From the NCBI GenBank assembly GCA_016871445.1, contig VHDH01000001.1:875-64874 (forward strand): a DNA stretch of 64,000 nt, in the 5' to 3' direction. The stretch is from Verrucomicrobiota bacterium (GTDB lineage Bacteria > Verrucomicrobiota > Verrucomicrobiia > Limisphaerales > SXTU01). A program made the translations under genes and the position numbers. Position 1 is the stretch's first letter; each line of letters begins with the position of its first letter. Positions 31,659 to 41,548 of this stretch are shown here, piece by piece. The notes below the pieces were generated by a model that searched no databases, had not been told where the DNA came from, and worked only from the letters and a program-made list of their open reading frames with translations.

Positions 31659-33068
31659 ATGCTCACGTTTCACGGCCAAACTATCCGCCACTGCGATGGC
31701 GCTTCTCGTCGCAGTTTCTTGCGCGCGGGCGCGCTGGGTTTGGGCGGGTTGACGCTAGCAGACATGCTGCGTGGCGAAGCGCAGGCGGGTGTCCGATCTT
31801 CCCGCAAAGCGGTCATACTCCTGCATCTTGACGGCGGGCCGCCGCAGATGGATTTGATTGACCCCAAGCCCGAAGCGCCAAAGGAAATCCGGGGTGAGTT
31901 TAAGTCGCTGCCTTCCAAAATTCCCGGCTTGCATCTAACTGAACTGATGCCGCAGATCGCCGCCCACGCGGACCGTTTTATTTTTCTGCGCTCGCTCGTC
32001 GGCGCGGACGGGCAGCACGACGCGTTTCAATGTCAGTCCGGTTTCACGAGCAAGGAACTTGCTGCTATTGGCGGACACCCGGCACTTGGCTCGGCCATCA
32101 CAAAACTGCTTGGTCGGTCTCAGGATGCCGCACCGAGCTTCGTGGATCTCATGCAGGGTCGGCCGCTCGTGCGCAACAGCGCGCGTGCTGGCTACCTTGG
32201 GCCGGCGTGCGCACCGTTCCGACCGGAACTCTCGCACCTGTTCGAGCGGCAATTGGAGCCGGGCATGCAAACTGAGCTGGCGCGGCAGCGGGCGGGCCAC
32301 ACATTGCAACTCGAACTAACCGAGGGCCTCTCCGCCGACCGGCTGGAGCATCGCGTCGAGCTGCTCGCGCGATTCGACCGGTTGCGGCGCGACCTCGATG
32401 GCAGCGGTGCAATGAATGCACTCGACCAGTTCACCCAGCAAGCCGTGGGCATTCTCACGTCTGGCCGATTCGCTGCCGCTTTGGATCTCGCGAAGGAAGA
32501 TCCGCGTGTCATCGAACGCTACACCCCGCGCGTGTCGGGGCCAGCGGTGCGCGATTACACCACGGAAGGACCGAAGGCTTTGCAGAAGCTGCTGCTCGCC
32601 CGGCGGCTCGTCGAAGCCGGCGTTCGCTGTGTAAGCGTTTCCCTGAGCGACTTCGATACGCACTCAAACAATTTCGATCGGATGCGCTATTTGGGGCCGC
32701 TGCTGGACCACGGGTTGCACACACTTGTCGAGGATTTGCGCGAGCGCCGAATGCTCGATGATGTGCTGGTGTTGGCGTGGGGCGAATTCGGCCGCACGCC
32801 TAAAGTGAATGGCAGCGCGGGTCGCGATCACTGGCCGCGTGTGAGCATGGGCCTGATGGCGGGCGGCGGCTTGAAGACCGGCCAAGTCATCGGCAAGACG
32901 GACAAGTGGGCGTCCGAGGCTACCGCCCGCCCGGTTCATTATCAGGATGTCATCGCTACGCTGTATCATCATCTGGGCATCGATCCGCATCAGGTCACGC
33001 TAAACGATATTACCGGCCGTCCGCAGCATCTCGTCAGCACGGGGCGCGTCATCAGCGAGGTGGTCTAA
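31659..33068 (+). CDS. DUF1501 domain protein (second paralog)
   Basis: SRRSFL leader; GGPPQMDLIDPKP, LLARRLVEAGVR, FDTH, GEFGRTPK, GRDHW. Confidence 0.9.
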   Translation: MLTFHGQTIRHCDGASRRSFLRAGALGLGGLTLADMLRGEAQAGVRSSRKAVILLHLDGGPPQMDLIDPKPEAPKEIRGEFKSLPSKIPGLHLTELMPQIAAHADRFIFLRSLVGADGQHDAFQCQSGFTSKELAAIGGHPALGSAITKLLGRSQDAAPSFVDLMQGRPLVRNSARAGYLGPACAPFRPELSHLFERQLEPGMQTELARQRAGHTLQLELTEGLSADRLEHRVELLARFDRLRRDLDGSGAMNALDQFTQQAVGILTSGRFAAALDLAKEDPRVIERYTPRVSGPAVRDYTTEGPKALQKLLLARRLVEAGVRCVSVSLSDFDTHSNNFDRMRYLGPLLDHGLHTLVEDLRERRMLDDVLVLAWGEFGRTPKVNGSAGRDHWPRVSMGLMAGGGLKTGQVIGKTDKWASEATARPVHYQDVIATLYHHLGIDPHQVTLNDITGRPQHLVSTGRVISEVV

Positions 33069-33234
33069 CGCCGGGATTCAACTCAAAATCGGTTCAAGTT
33101 ACCCACGCACAGCCAAGTTCAGCCTCTCAGGGAATGTCCAAATAAACGGCTAACTAAACGCTGGCACGTCGTCAGCCAGGGGTGATTAACCGAGGGATCG
33201 TGGGCTTGGCTTTCGGTAGGGCATTCTGAAACGC

Positions 33235-33894
33235 ATGATCACGCTGTTTATTGCCACGCGTAACGCGCACAAGGTTGAGGAAATCGCCGCGATCCTCGGG
33301 CCGCAGTTTCGGTACCTGAAAATCAAGGGTGACGACGAACTGCCGGTCGTTGTGGAGGATGCACTGACCTTTGCAGGCAACGCCGCAAAGAAGGCCGAGA
33401 CCATCGCCCGCACTTTGTTGCTGCGCGGGGCGGCGCGAATGCCGGCAACGGAACCAGGAAAGTTTTTTGTGCTGGCCGATGATTCCGGCCTCGAGGTGGA
33501 CGCGCTCGGTGGCGCCCCGGGCGTCCATTCGGCGCGCTTTGCAGCGATCGATTGTGGAATGGTAGGTAATAGCGCAGATGCCGAAAACAACGCAAAGTTA
33601 CTGCGTCTCTTGGCTAATGTGCCGCAGGCGGCGCGCACCGCGCGTTTCCGTTGTGTGCTGGCCCTTGTAGAGGTGGATCGCGCCGTCCCGCTGCAATCAG
33701 TCCGCCTGTTTGAGGGCGCGTGCGAGGGGTGGATGGATTTCGCGCCGCGCGGCAAGGGCGGTTTTGGGTACGACCCGCTGTTTATTCCGCTCGGGCACGA
33801 GCAGTCTTTCGCCGAACTGGGCGAGGGATTAAAAAACAGACTGAGTCACCGAGCGCAAGCACTCGCCAAGCTGGGTGCGTGGTTGTTGGCTTAA
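33235..33894 (+). CDS. rdgB: Non-canonical purine NTP pyrophosphatase (RdgB/HAM1)
   Basis: ATRNAHKVEE, ADDSGLEVDALGGAPGVHSARF, GFGYDPLF, KNRLSHR. Confidence 0.95.
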   Translation: MITLFIATRNAHKVEEIAAILGPQFRYLKIKGDDELPVVVEDALTFAGNAAKKAETIARTLLLRGAARMPATEPGKFFVLADDSGLEVDALGGAPGVHSARFAAIDCGMVGNSADAENNAKLLRLLANVPQAARTARFRCVLALVEVDRAVPLQSVRLFEGACEGWMDFAPRGKGGFGYDPLFIPLGHEQSFAELGEGLKNRLSHRAQALAKLGAWLLA

Positions 33895-33949
33895 AGCTGC
33901 GTTCGGACTATTGGCCCGATTGTGCCTCTCGGCACTGAGGAATTCGGCT

Positions 33950-34897
33950 TCAGTTCAACCCGCCCAATTCCTGTGCGCCTTTACCGCCGTTGATGAGGTA
34001 GAGCACGGCCATGCGGACCGCAAGGCCGTTGGTGACCTGCTCCAAAATGACCGAGCGCCCGCAATCCGCGAGGTCACTGGCGATCTCGACGCCGCGATTG
34101 ATGGGACCGGGGTGCATGATGAGTGCGTCGGGCTTAGTTAGCGCGAAACGCGCATGGGTCAGGCCAAAGAGCGCGGTGTACTCGCCGATGCTGGGAAACA
34201 TCGTCTTGCGCTGCCTTTCGTGCTGGATGCGCAGGAGGTTAATTACGTCTGCATTGGCGACGGCCTCGTCCACCTTATGCGTTACGCGGCAGCCCATTTG
34301 CTCGAAGACCTTTGGGACGAGGGTGCTTGGGCCGCAGAGGGTGACGCGCGCGCCGAGTTTGAGCAACGCCCAGATGTTTGAGCGGGCCACGCGGCTGTAA
34401 AGAATGTCACCAAGGATGGTGACGTTGAGGCCGGCAATGGATCCCTTCCGCTCGCGAATTGTGAAGGTGTCGAGGAGCGCTTGCGTAGGGTGCTCGTGTG
34501 CGCCGTCACCGGCGTTGACGACGTGAGCGTTGAGCACGCGCGAGAGGAAGTGCGGCGCGCCGGTGGCGCTATGGCGGATGATGATGATGTCGGCGTTGAG
34601 CGCCTCGAGGTTCCGCGCGGTGTCTTTGAGCGTCTCGCCCTTTTTGAGCGAGCTGGCTTCCGCCCCGAAGTTGATCACGTCCGCGCTGAGGCGGATGGCA
34701 GCCAGCTCAAAGCTTATGCGTGTGCGCGTGCTGGGCTCGACGAAAAGGTTGACGACAGTTTTGCCGCGCAGGGCCGGGACTTTCTTGATGGCGCGCTCAC
34801 CGACGGCCTTGAATTGCCGGGCGGTGTCGAGCACAGCGGTGATCTCGTCGGCGGATAAAGATTCGATGTCGAGGAGGTGCTTGCGGTTCCAGGTCAT
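33950..34897 (-). CDS. pyrB: Aspartate carbamoyltransferase catalytic subunit
   Basis: [49 protein letters not shown]; ATG at 34897. Confidence 0.97.
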   Translation of the reverse strand: MTWNRKHLLDIESLSADEITAVLDTARQFKAVGERAIKKVPALRGKTVVNLFVEPSTRTRISFELAAIRLSADVINFGAEASSLKKGETLKDTARNLEALNADIIIIRHSATGAPHFLSRVLNAHVVNAGDGAHEHPTQALLDTFTIRERKGSIAGLNVTILGDILYSRVARSNIWALLKLGARVTLCGPSTLVPKVFEQMGCRVTHKVDEAVANADVINLLRIQHERQRKTMFPSIGEYTALFGLTHARFALTKPDALIMHPGPINRGVEIASDLADCGRSVILEQVTNGLAVRMAVLYLINGGKGAQELGGLN

Positions 34898-34957
34898 GCG
34901 CGACTGGGAATGGAGTAGCCCAGCTGGGCCAGCTTGGAAAGCCATTCCTCCCGCTGA

Positions 34958-35222
34958 TGGGAAGGGCGTGCGCGGCGAGCGGTTCGTGTATGCGCGTTAC
35001 TTCGACTAGTAGCCGGAGTTCGAACTCCTGCACAACCTGTGCACCGACCCCGAGGAGCTAAAAAACCTCGCCATAAATCCCGCCTATGCGGAAACCTTGC
35101 GGCAGATGCGCTCCCTCTGTAACACTGAGATAATTCGCAAAAGCAGCGCCCTATTGTCGTCAACCGAACGCAACATAAACATGCCCGCGCAGAGGGCGAA
35201 GAAAGAAGCAACAGCTAAATAG
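34958..35222 (+). pseudogene. Degraded 3' remnant of a sulfatase gene
   Basis: Reads (WE)[47 protein letters not shown]...KKEATAK*, which fits the sulfatase C-terminal pattern. Two in-frame TAG at 35007-35012 and an extra G near 34964. Confidence 0.7.
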
Positions 35223-35241
35223 CCAAAATGGTTCTACTTCC

Positions 35242-36765
35242 ATGAAATTGTTTGCGCTCCTTTGCTCCGCTTTGCTGGGTCTGACTTCTGCGTGGGCCGC
35301 CAACAAGCGTCCTAATGTCCTCTTTATCGCCATTGATGACCAGAATGACTGGATTGGCCATATGGGCGGGCATCCGCTGGCGAAGACGCCCCACCTCGAC
35401 CAGCTCGCCGCGCGCGGCACGACCTTCCTGAACGCTCATTGTCAGGCCCCGCTCTGCAACCCTTCGCGTACCAGCTTGCTGCTTGGCCTGCGCCCTACCA
35501 CCACGGGCATCTACGGTTTGGCCCCGTCCTTCCGCTCCTTGCCCGAGTGGAAAGACCGCGTCGCGCTACCGCAACACTTTGCCAACCACGGCTATCGCAC
35601 GGCGGCGACAGGTAAAATCTACCACGGGGGTACGGTGGCCGGCGGAGGCGGTGCCAAGGCCAAAGCCGGCGCAGCACCGGTTGAAAAGCCCAAGCCTGAA
35701 TTTCAAATCACCGCGCCTTTCGGTGGCGTCGGCGCCAAGCCCCCGCAGAAGCTCATACCGCCTACTCCCATGGGCAACCACCCACTCATGGATTGGGGTG
35801 TCTGGCCACCTGATAATGACGACACCAAGAAGGGCGATTACCAAGTCGCGAGCTGGACGGTCGAGCAAATCAAGAACGCGCCGAAAGACCAGCCGTTCTT
35901 CCTCGCCGCCGGTTTCTTCCTTCCCCATGTGCCGTGCTACGCGACGCAGAAGTGGTTTGATCTCTACCCCGACGATGACAGCGTCCTGCCAAAGGTGCTG
36001 CCTAGCGACCGAGACGATGCCCCGCGTTTCTCATGGTATCTGCACTGGAACCTCCCGGAGCCGCGCCTCAAATGGGTTAAGGACAACCAGCAGTGGCGCA
36101 ACCTCGTGCGCAGTTACCTCGCCTGCACGAGCTTCGTGGACGCGCAAATCGGACGGCTGCTTGCCGCGCTGAATGAGGCCGGTGTAGCGGACAACACCAT
36201 CGTCGTCGTCTGGGGCGACCATGGCTGGCACCTTGGCGAGAAGGGCATTACCGGCAAGAACACCTTGTGGGATCGGGGCACGAAAGTTCCGCTCATCTTT
36301 GCCGGCCCCGGCATTAAGTCCGGCCAGCGTTGCACGCAACCGGCTGAACTGCTGGATATTTATCCCACATTGAACGAACTCGCGGGTTTGCCTAAACGCG
36401 ACGATCTTGAGGGCCTTAGCTTGATACCCCAACTCAGAAATGCGGCCACCCACCGCGACCGCCCGGCGATCACAAGCCACAACCAGGGCAACCACGGCAT
36501 TCGCAGCGAGCGTTGGCGCTATATTCGTTACGCCGACGGCAGTGAAGAGCTTTACGACATGCAAGCCGACCCTAACGAGTGGACCAACCTTGCCGGCCAA
36601 CCGAGGCACGCCGCTGTCATAGCCACCCACCGGCAGTGGTTGCCGAAAATTGACCGGCCGCCCGCGCCCAACAGCGCCAGCCGCGTGTTGACCTACGACA
36701 AGGCTACTGACGAGGCTGTTTGGGAAGGCCAGCTTGTGAAGCGCACCGACCCCATTCCTCAATGA
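35242..36765 (+). CDS. Exported formylglycine-dependent sulfatase (iduronate/choline sulfatase-like, family S1)
   Basis: Signal peptide, PNVLFIAIDD, CNPSR motif, GKIYH, PHVP, GDHGWHLGEK, ELYDMQADPNEWTNLA. Confidence 0.93.
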   Translation: MKLFALLCSALLGLTSAWAANKRPNVLFIAIDDQNDWIGHMGGHPLAKTPHLDQLAARGTTFLNAHCQAPLCNPSRTSLLLGLRPTTTGIYGLAPSFRSLPEWKDRVALPQHFANHGYRTAATGKIYHGGTVAGGGGAKAKAGAAPVEKPKPEFQITAPFGGVGAKPPQKLIPPTPMGNHPLMDWGVWPPDNDDTKKGDYQVASWTVEQIKNAPKDQPFFLAAGFFLPHVPCYATQKWFDLYPDDDSVLPKVLPSDRDDAPRFSWYLHWNLPEPRLKWVKDNQQWRNLVRSYLACTSFVDAQIGRLLAALNEAGVADNTIVVVWGDHGWHLGEKGITGKNTLWDRGTKVPLIFAGPGIKSGQRCTQPAELLDIYPTLNELAGLPKRDDLEGLSLIPQLRNAATHRDRPAITSHNQGNHGIRSERWRYIRYADGSEELYDMQADPNEWTNLAGQPRHAAVIATHRQWLPKIDRPPAPNSASRVLTYDKATDEAVWEGQLVKRTDPIPQ

Positions 36766-36793
36766 CCACTTCCTTGTCGCCCTCCCCTCACCC

Positions 36794-38464
36794 ATGACTA
36801 TCGCAGACATTCTCACCCGCAAAGGTCTGCTCACCGCCGAGCAGTTGGCCGACGCGCAATCGCTCACTGATAGCGAAGGTTTGCGCCTCGACCGCGCCGT
36901 CGTGCAGAAGGGCTTACTCACGGAAAAGCAGTTGCTCGAAGTCTTTGCTGAGCAGTTACATCTTCCCCTAGTATCGCTGGAGGATCGCTCGTTTGATGCG
37001 GAACTGCTCCGCACCTTGCCCTCACGCGTAGTCTATCGCCAACGGCTGGTGCCGGTCGCGCGCGTGGATGGAGCTTTGCAAGTTGCTACGAGCGACCCCC
37101 TCGACCTCTACGCCTTCGATGACCTGCGCCTCACCACCGGGCTAAACATCGAGCCTGTGCTCGCCCCGCGCGAGGAGATCGAGAAGGTCATCAAGACCCA
37201 CTACGGCCTCGGCGGCGACACGTTGGATGAAATGGTCGGCGAAGACGACGCGCCCGCCGTCGCGCTCGAAGCCGGCCACGGCGAAGACCTGCTAGAAGCG
37301 GCGCAGGAAGCCAGCGTCATCAAGCTGGTCAACGAGATCATCCTCGAAGCTGTGAACGAGCGGGCGAGCGACATTCATGTTGAGCCATTTGAATACCAAA
37401 TAGCTATTCGTTACCGCATTGACGGTGTGTTGCAGGAGGCGCCTGTGCCGCCGCAGATGCACCGCTTCGCCGCCGCCATCATCAGCCGCATCAAGATTTT
37501 GGCGAACCTCAACATCGCCGAACGCCGCATCCCGCAGGACGGTCGCATCAAGTTCAACGTCGGCGGTCGACAGATTGACGTGCGCGTGAGCGTCATCCCG
37601 ATGCTCTTCGGCGAGGGCGTAGTCATGCGCTTGCTCGATAAGGCAAACGTGCTTTTCACCCTGCCGCAACTCGGCATGGATGACCGATCCTTCGGGCTGT
37701 TCAAGGGACTCATAGACCGGCCGCATGGCATTTTCCTCGTCACCGGCCCTACCGGCGCGGGCAAGACCACCACGCTTTACGCCGCGCTCAACGCCATCGT
37801 CGGCCCCGGCCTCAAGGTGCTAACGGTCGAAGACCCGGTGGAATACAACCTCACCGGCGTGAACCAAATTCCGGTCAACACGGCAGTGGGCATGACCTTC
37901 GAGAAGGGCCTGCGCGCCATCCTGCGTCACGACCCGGACGTAGTGATGATCGGTGAAATCCGTGATCTGGAAACCGCCCGCGCCGCGATCCAGGCCGCGC
38001 TCACCGGCCACCTCGTGCTCTCCACGTTGCACACCAATGACGCCGCATCCGCGCCAATGCGGCTCATTGACATGGGCGTGGAGCCGTTCCTCATCAGCAG
38101 CACGATGATTGGCTCGATGGCCCAGCGTCTCGTGCGCCGCATCTGCTCCAAATGTAAGACAGAATATGAACCCGATCACGCGCACCTGCCTAACGACTTC
38201 GTCCTCGCGCCCGGGGAAAAACTCTGGCGCGGTGCGGGCTGCCCGAACTGCCGCAACACCGGCTATCGTGGCCGAAGCGGCCTCTACGAACTCATGGTGA
38301 TGAGCGACGCCATCTCTGAGAAGATCATCGAACGCGCGCCCGCATATCAGGTCTTGGCCGCCGCCCAGCAAGGTGGCCTGCGCCTCCTCCGCGAGGATGG
38401 CTGGGACAAAGTTCGTCACGGCATCACCACACCGGATGAAGTACTGCTATGCACCGCGGGGTGA
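36794..38464 (+). CDS. gspE: Type II secretion/type IV pilus assembly ATPase (GspE/PilB)
   Basis: ASDIHVEP, ERRIPQDGRI, Walker A GPTGAGKTTT, TVEDPVEY, LRHDPDVVMIGEIRD, TGHLVLSTLHTND, tetracysteine CSKC..CPNC. Confidence 0.95.
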   Translation: MTIADILTRKGLLTAEQLADAQSLTDSEGLRLDRAVVQKGLLTEKQLLEVFAEQLHLPLVSLEDRSFDAELLRTLPSRVVYRQRLVPVARVDGALQVATSDPLDLYAFDDLRLTTGLNIEPVLAPREEIEKVIKTHYGLGGDTLDEMVGEDDAPAVALEAGHGEDLLEAAQEASVIKLVNEIILEAVNERASDIHVEPFEYQIAIRYRIDGVLQEAPVPPQMHRFAAAIISRIKILANLNIAERRIPQDGRIKFNVGGRQIDVRVSVIPMLFGEGVVMRLLDKANVLFTLPQLGMDDRSFGLFKGLIDRPHGIFLVTGPTGAGKTTTLYAALNAIVGPGLKVLTVEDPVEYNLTGVNQIPVNTAVGMTFEKGLRAILRHDPDVVMIGEIRDLETARAAIQAALTGHLVLSTLHTNDAASAPMRLIDMGVEPFLISSTMIGSMAQRLVRRICSKCKTEYEPDHAHLPNDFVLAPGEKLWRGAGCPNCRNTGYRGRSGLYELMVMSDAISEKIIERAPAYQVLAAAQQGGLRLLREDGWDKVRHGITTPDEVLLCTAG

Positions 38465-38524
38465 GGGAAAACGTAACGATACGAGTAAATCTGTGAAAAT
38501 TCGCATTATTACTCTCCGAGTAAA

Positions 38525-39727
38525 ATGACCCAGTTCACCTACACCGCCATGACCGAGGCCGGGCAGCGTGTCTCCGGTTCGCTCGAAGCCGAGAGCGAGG
38601 CGTCGGCGTTGCGGTTGCTGGAGGACCAGCGGCTGTTTCCCGTCACCGTGGCTGGCGCGTCAGGCACGGATGACGGCAAGCCCGCCCGCCGCAAGGTCCG
38701 CTCCCGTGACCTCGGCGTGCTCTATGGTCAACTCGCCGACTTGCTTGGGTCTGGCGTGCCGCTCTTGCGTGCGCTGGATTCTCTCATCCGCTCGACGCCG
38801 GCACCCGCATTGCGTGAATTGCTCAAGGAAATCCGCGCCGCTGTCGCCGAGGGCAAGACGCTCACCGAAGCGCTGCGGCCGTATCCGGAAATTTTCCCCA
38901 CGCTACATATCGCGATGATCCAGGCGGGCGAACGCGCGGCGTTCCTTGAAGCCGTGTTGCGGAATCTCTCGGGCTTCCTCGAACGCTTCGAGGAATTGCG
39001 GAGCAAGGTGATGGGCGCGCTCATTTACCCGGCGCTGCTCACTACGCTCGGCACGCTCGTGATGGTGGGCGCGCTGGTGTTTTTCGTTCCGCGCTTCGAG
39101 CCGTTGCTGGCCGCTGCGAAGAAGCCGCTGCCCACCGAGATTCTGTTTGGCGCGAGCAAGCTGGTGCGAGGCTATTGGTGGTTGCTGCTCATTGGCGGCG
39201 CGGGCGCGGGCTTCTTCCTCTGGCTTAACCTTCAGACGGAGGCCGCACGGCGGAAGTTGGAGGCGTGGCAACTCAAAATCCCCGTGGTTGGCGAAGCGCT
39301 CCGGTTGTTGGCGATTACGCGCTTCTGCCGCATCCTTGGTACGATGCTTGCCAACGGCGTACCGTTACTTTCCGCGCTGAAGATCGCCCAAAACGCCACC
39401 GGCTCGACCATCCTCGCCGAGCGCATCGCCGAATGCACCGAGTCCGTGCGCGACGGCAAGCGTCTGTCTGAACCGCTGGCGAAGGGCGGCTTCTTCCCCG
39501 ACCAAATCCTGGCGATGATCGCTGTCGCCGAGGAATCCAACAAACTAGATCACGTCCTGGTACAAATCGCCGAAACCGTGGAGCGCCGCACCAACCGCTC
39601 GGTGGACCAAGCGGTGCGGCTCATCGAGCCGTTGATCCTCTGTTTTGTCGCGGCCGCGATTGGCTTCCTCGCACTTGGTTTGCTGCTGCCCATCTTCACG
39701 ATGGCCAGCGCGCTGGGCTCTAAGTGA
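38525..39727 (+). CDS. gspF: Type II secretion inner-membrane platform protein (GspF/PilC)
   Basis: QLADLLGSGVPLLRAL, MIQAGE, ALIYP, GTMLANGVPLLSAL, EPLIL; three TMs. Confidence 0.95.
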   Translation: MTQFTYTAMTEAGQRVSGSLEAESEASALRLLEDQRLFPVTVAGASGTDDGKPARRKVRSRDLGVLYGQLADLLGSGVPLLRALDSLIRSTPAPALRELLKEIRAAVAEGKTLTEALRPYPEIFPTLHIAMIQAGERAAFLEAVLRNLSGFLERFEELRSKVMGALIYPALLTTLGTLVMVGALVFFVPRFEPLLAAAKKPLPTEILFGASKLVRGYWWLLLIGGAGAGFFLWLNLQTEAARRKLEAWQLKIPVVGEALRLLAITRFCRILGTMLANGVPLLSALKIAQNATGSTILAERIAECTESVRDGKRLSEPLAKGGFFPDQILAMIAVAEESNKLDHVLVQIAETVERRTNRSVDQAVRLIEPLILCFVAAAIGFLALGLLLPIFTMASALGSK

Positions 39728-39906
39728 GGCCCAGGTTGGCGACGGGCAGTCGCTCGTACCGGATGGGTTCGGCAGGTTCAGATCGGGCTCGCGTTCTCCA
39801 TCCGAAAACAACGGTAAGTAGCCAGGTGAACGGATGAAAAATTCTTTCTAAATGTCAAATTTCTCCTGAATCATACCCTCAAGCTCCCGTCTTAATAAGG
39901 TTACAC

Positions 39907-40428
39907 ATGAAGTTGAACCTGCTTTTAAAACAGAATCGGTTCCCGCCTCGCACGGCGGGTTTCACGCTCATCGAGGTATTGCTGGTCATCGTCGTCATCC
40001 TGATGCTTGCTGGTGCGATGGTGGTCTTTGTCCTCCCCCAGCAAAAGGGCGCAGAGAAAAACACCACCAAGCTTCTTCTCGCGCAGGTCGCCAACGCGCT
40101 CGACACATACCGCCTTAACCTTGGTCATTACCCCACCGAGCAGGAAGGCGGCCTAGATGCGCTCTCGAAAAAACCCACCTTTGAAAACGAGCGCATGGGC
40201 GAGAAGTGGCAGGGGCCATATCTTAAACCCGGCACGACGTTGGATGACCCGTGGGGCTTTAAAATCCGCTATGAGAGAGTTGCTGCTAGCGGGGACAACG
40301 CAGAGGCCGGCAACACCACGGCCCTGCCATACAAGCTCTTCTCCGTAGGTCCCGACGGCCAGCCCGACACAGACGATGATATTAAACACGGGGCCGAGCC
40401 TGCCGGAGCGGAAAACACCGGCCGCTAA
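39907..40428 (+). CDS. gspG: Major pseudopilin GspG
   Basis: Prepilin site G|FTLIEVLLV; T2SSG motifs ALDTYRL..GHYPT...GLDAL, WQGPYL, DPWG, S.GPDG...TDDDI. Confidence 0.92.
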   Translation: MKLNLLLKQNRFPPRTAGFTLIEVLLVIVVILMLAGAMVVFVLPQQKGAEKNTTKLLLAQVANALDTYRLNLGHYPTEQEGGLDALSKKPTFENERMGEKWQGPYLKPGTTLDDPWGFKIRYERVAASGDNAEAGNTTALPYKLFSVGPDGQPDTDDDIKHGAEPAGAENTGR

Positions 40429-40431
40429 ATC

Positions 40432-41133
40432 ATGCGCTTACCGCACCAATCACCCCACTCCGGTTACACGCTGACCGAGCTGTTGCTCTCGGTTGTGCTC
40501 GTGCTCGGACTGTTGGGAGCGGTGGTCTTCAACTTCTCCTCCGGCTCCCGCACTGCTCAACTGGACGAGGGCGCGACGCAAGTCGAGGCGATGTTCCGCT
40601 TTGCCCGCGCGCATGCGGCTAGCACCGGCAAGCAGGTTCGCGTTTTTTTTCCAGAGGCTGAGTCCGGCGATAACGCCGAGTTGCTCGCTGCGGAGACACC
40701 CGGCGCGACCGTTCGCGTGACCTGCGAGCTCGATCCCATTGGCGCGCCCGGTGTTTTTACCGACGTGCCGGCGGCGGCCAATTTTGTCGCGAGCATCAGC
40801 GACCTTGTCAGCATCCAGCAGGTGCAGTCCGGGGTAGCAGCCTCGGAAAACTCCGCTCAAGTTGCGCCTCCCTCCGGCGAACCGACAGGCGAACCCGCCC
40901 CCGTGGAGGCCGCGCGGAGCGCTTTTGCGACCGTAACCTTTTATCCCGACGGCACGGGGGATACAGTCGAAGTGCTGCTCACCTCCCGCAGCGAAACCGA
41001 TGCTCGGCGTTTCAGCATCCGCGTCACCGGACTCACCGGTTCCATCCGTCGCCAAATCATTGCCGATCCTGCCGCTACCGAAACCGCGCCTTCCGCTTCG
41101 GCCACGGAGGCCGCTGCGGAGGTCGCCCGATGA
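40432..41133 (+). CDS. gspH: Minor pseudopilin, GspH/FimT-like
   Basis: G|YTLTELL prepilin motif, FARAHA, VTFYPDGT, GLTGSI. Confidence 0.8.
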   Translation: MRLPHQSPHSGYTLTELLLSVVLVLGLLGAVVFNFSSGSRTAQLDEGATQVEAMFRFARAHAASTGKQVRVFFPEAESGDNAELLAAETPGATVRVTCELDPIGAPGVFTDVPAAANFVASISDLVSIQQVQSGVAASENSAQVAPPSGEPTGEPAPVEAARSAFATVTFYPDGTGDTVEVLLTSRSETDARRFSIRVTGLTGSIRRQIIADPAATETAPSASATEAAAEVAR

Positions 41134-41546
41134 AGTTTTCGTCTGGTTCCGCCGCTCGCGTTCGCGGCACCGCCCTTCTTGAGGTCATTCTTGCGCTTGC
41201 GCTCTTTGTTGTGGCCGCAGCCATCGTCACGAGCGGCATGAATGCTTCCACGGAGAATCTCAGCCGCCAGCGTCGCCATACCCACGCCGCCAATCTGGCT
41301 GCCACGGTGCTTGCGGAAATCCAGCTAGGTATTCGGCGCACGAGCGAAGTTGGCGAACAACCCTTCGCCGCGCCATTCGACCAGTGGACCAGCGAACTCA
41401 TCGTCACCCCAACCGAGACTGAGTCGGGCGAGGCCAGCGGTCTCCTGCGCGTGGAAGTCGTCATCCGACACCAGGATTCCGCGCTTGTTCGCCGCCTTGC
41501 CCAAATCATCCGCGTGCCGCCCGCCTCGACTCGCGCCGCTTTTTAA
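41130..41546 (+). CDS. gspI: Minor pseudopilin, GspI-like
   Basis: RG|TALLEVILALALF prepilin motif, short globular domain, LRVEVVI; overlaps the gspH stop. Confidence 0.75.
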   Translation: MKFSSGSAARVRGTALLEVILALALFVVAAAIVTSGMNASTENLSRQRRHTHAANLAATVLAEIQLGIRRTSEVGEQPFAAPFDQWTSELIVTPTETESGEASGLLRVEVVIRHQDSALVRRLAQIIRVPPASTRAAF

Positions 41547-41548
41547 AC

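Noticed and set aside
35007-35012. Tandem in-frame TAG TAG as possible stop-codon readthrough or recoding
   Set aside because: Intact genes in the window end in TAG (e.g. atpC), and the fragment also has a frameshift and lacks its 5' part, so decay is the simpler explanation.
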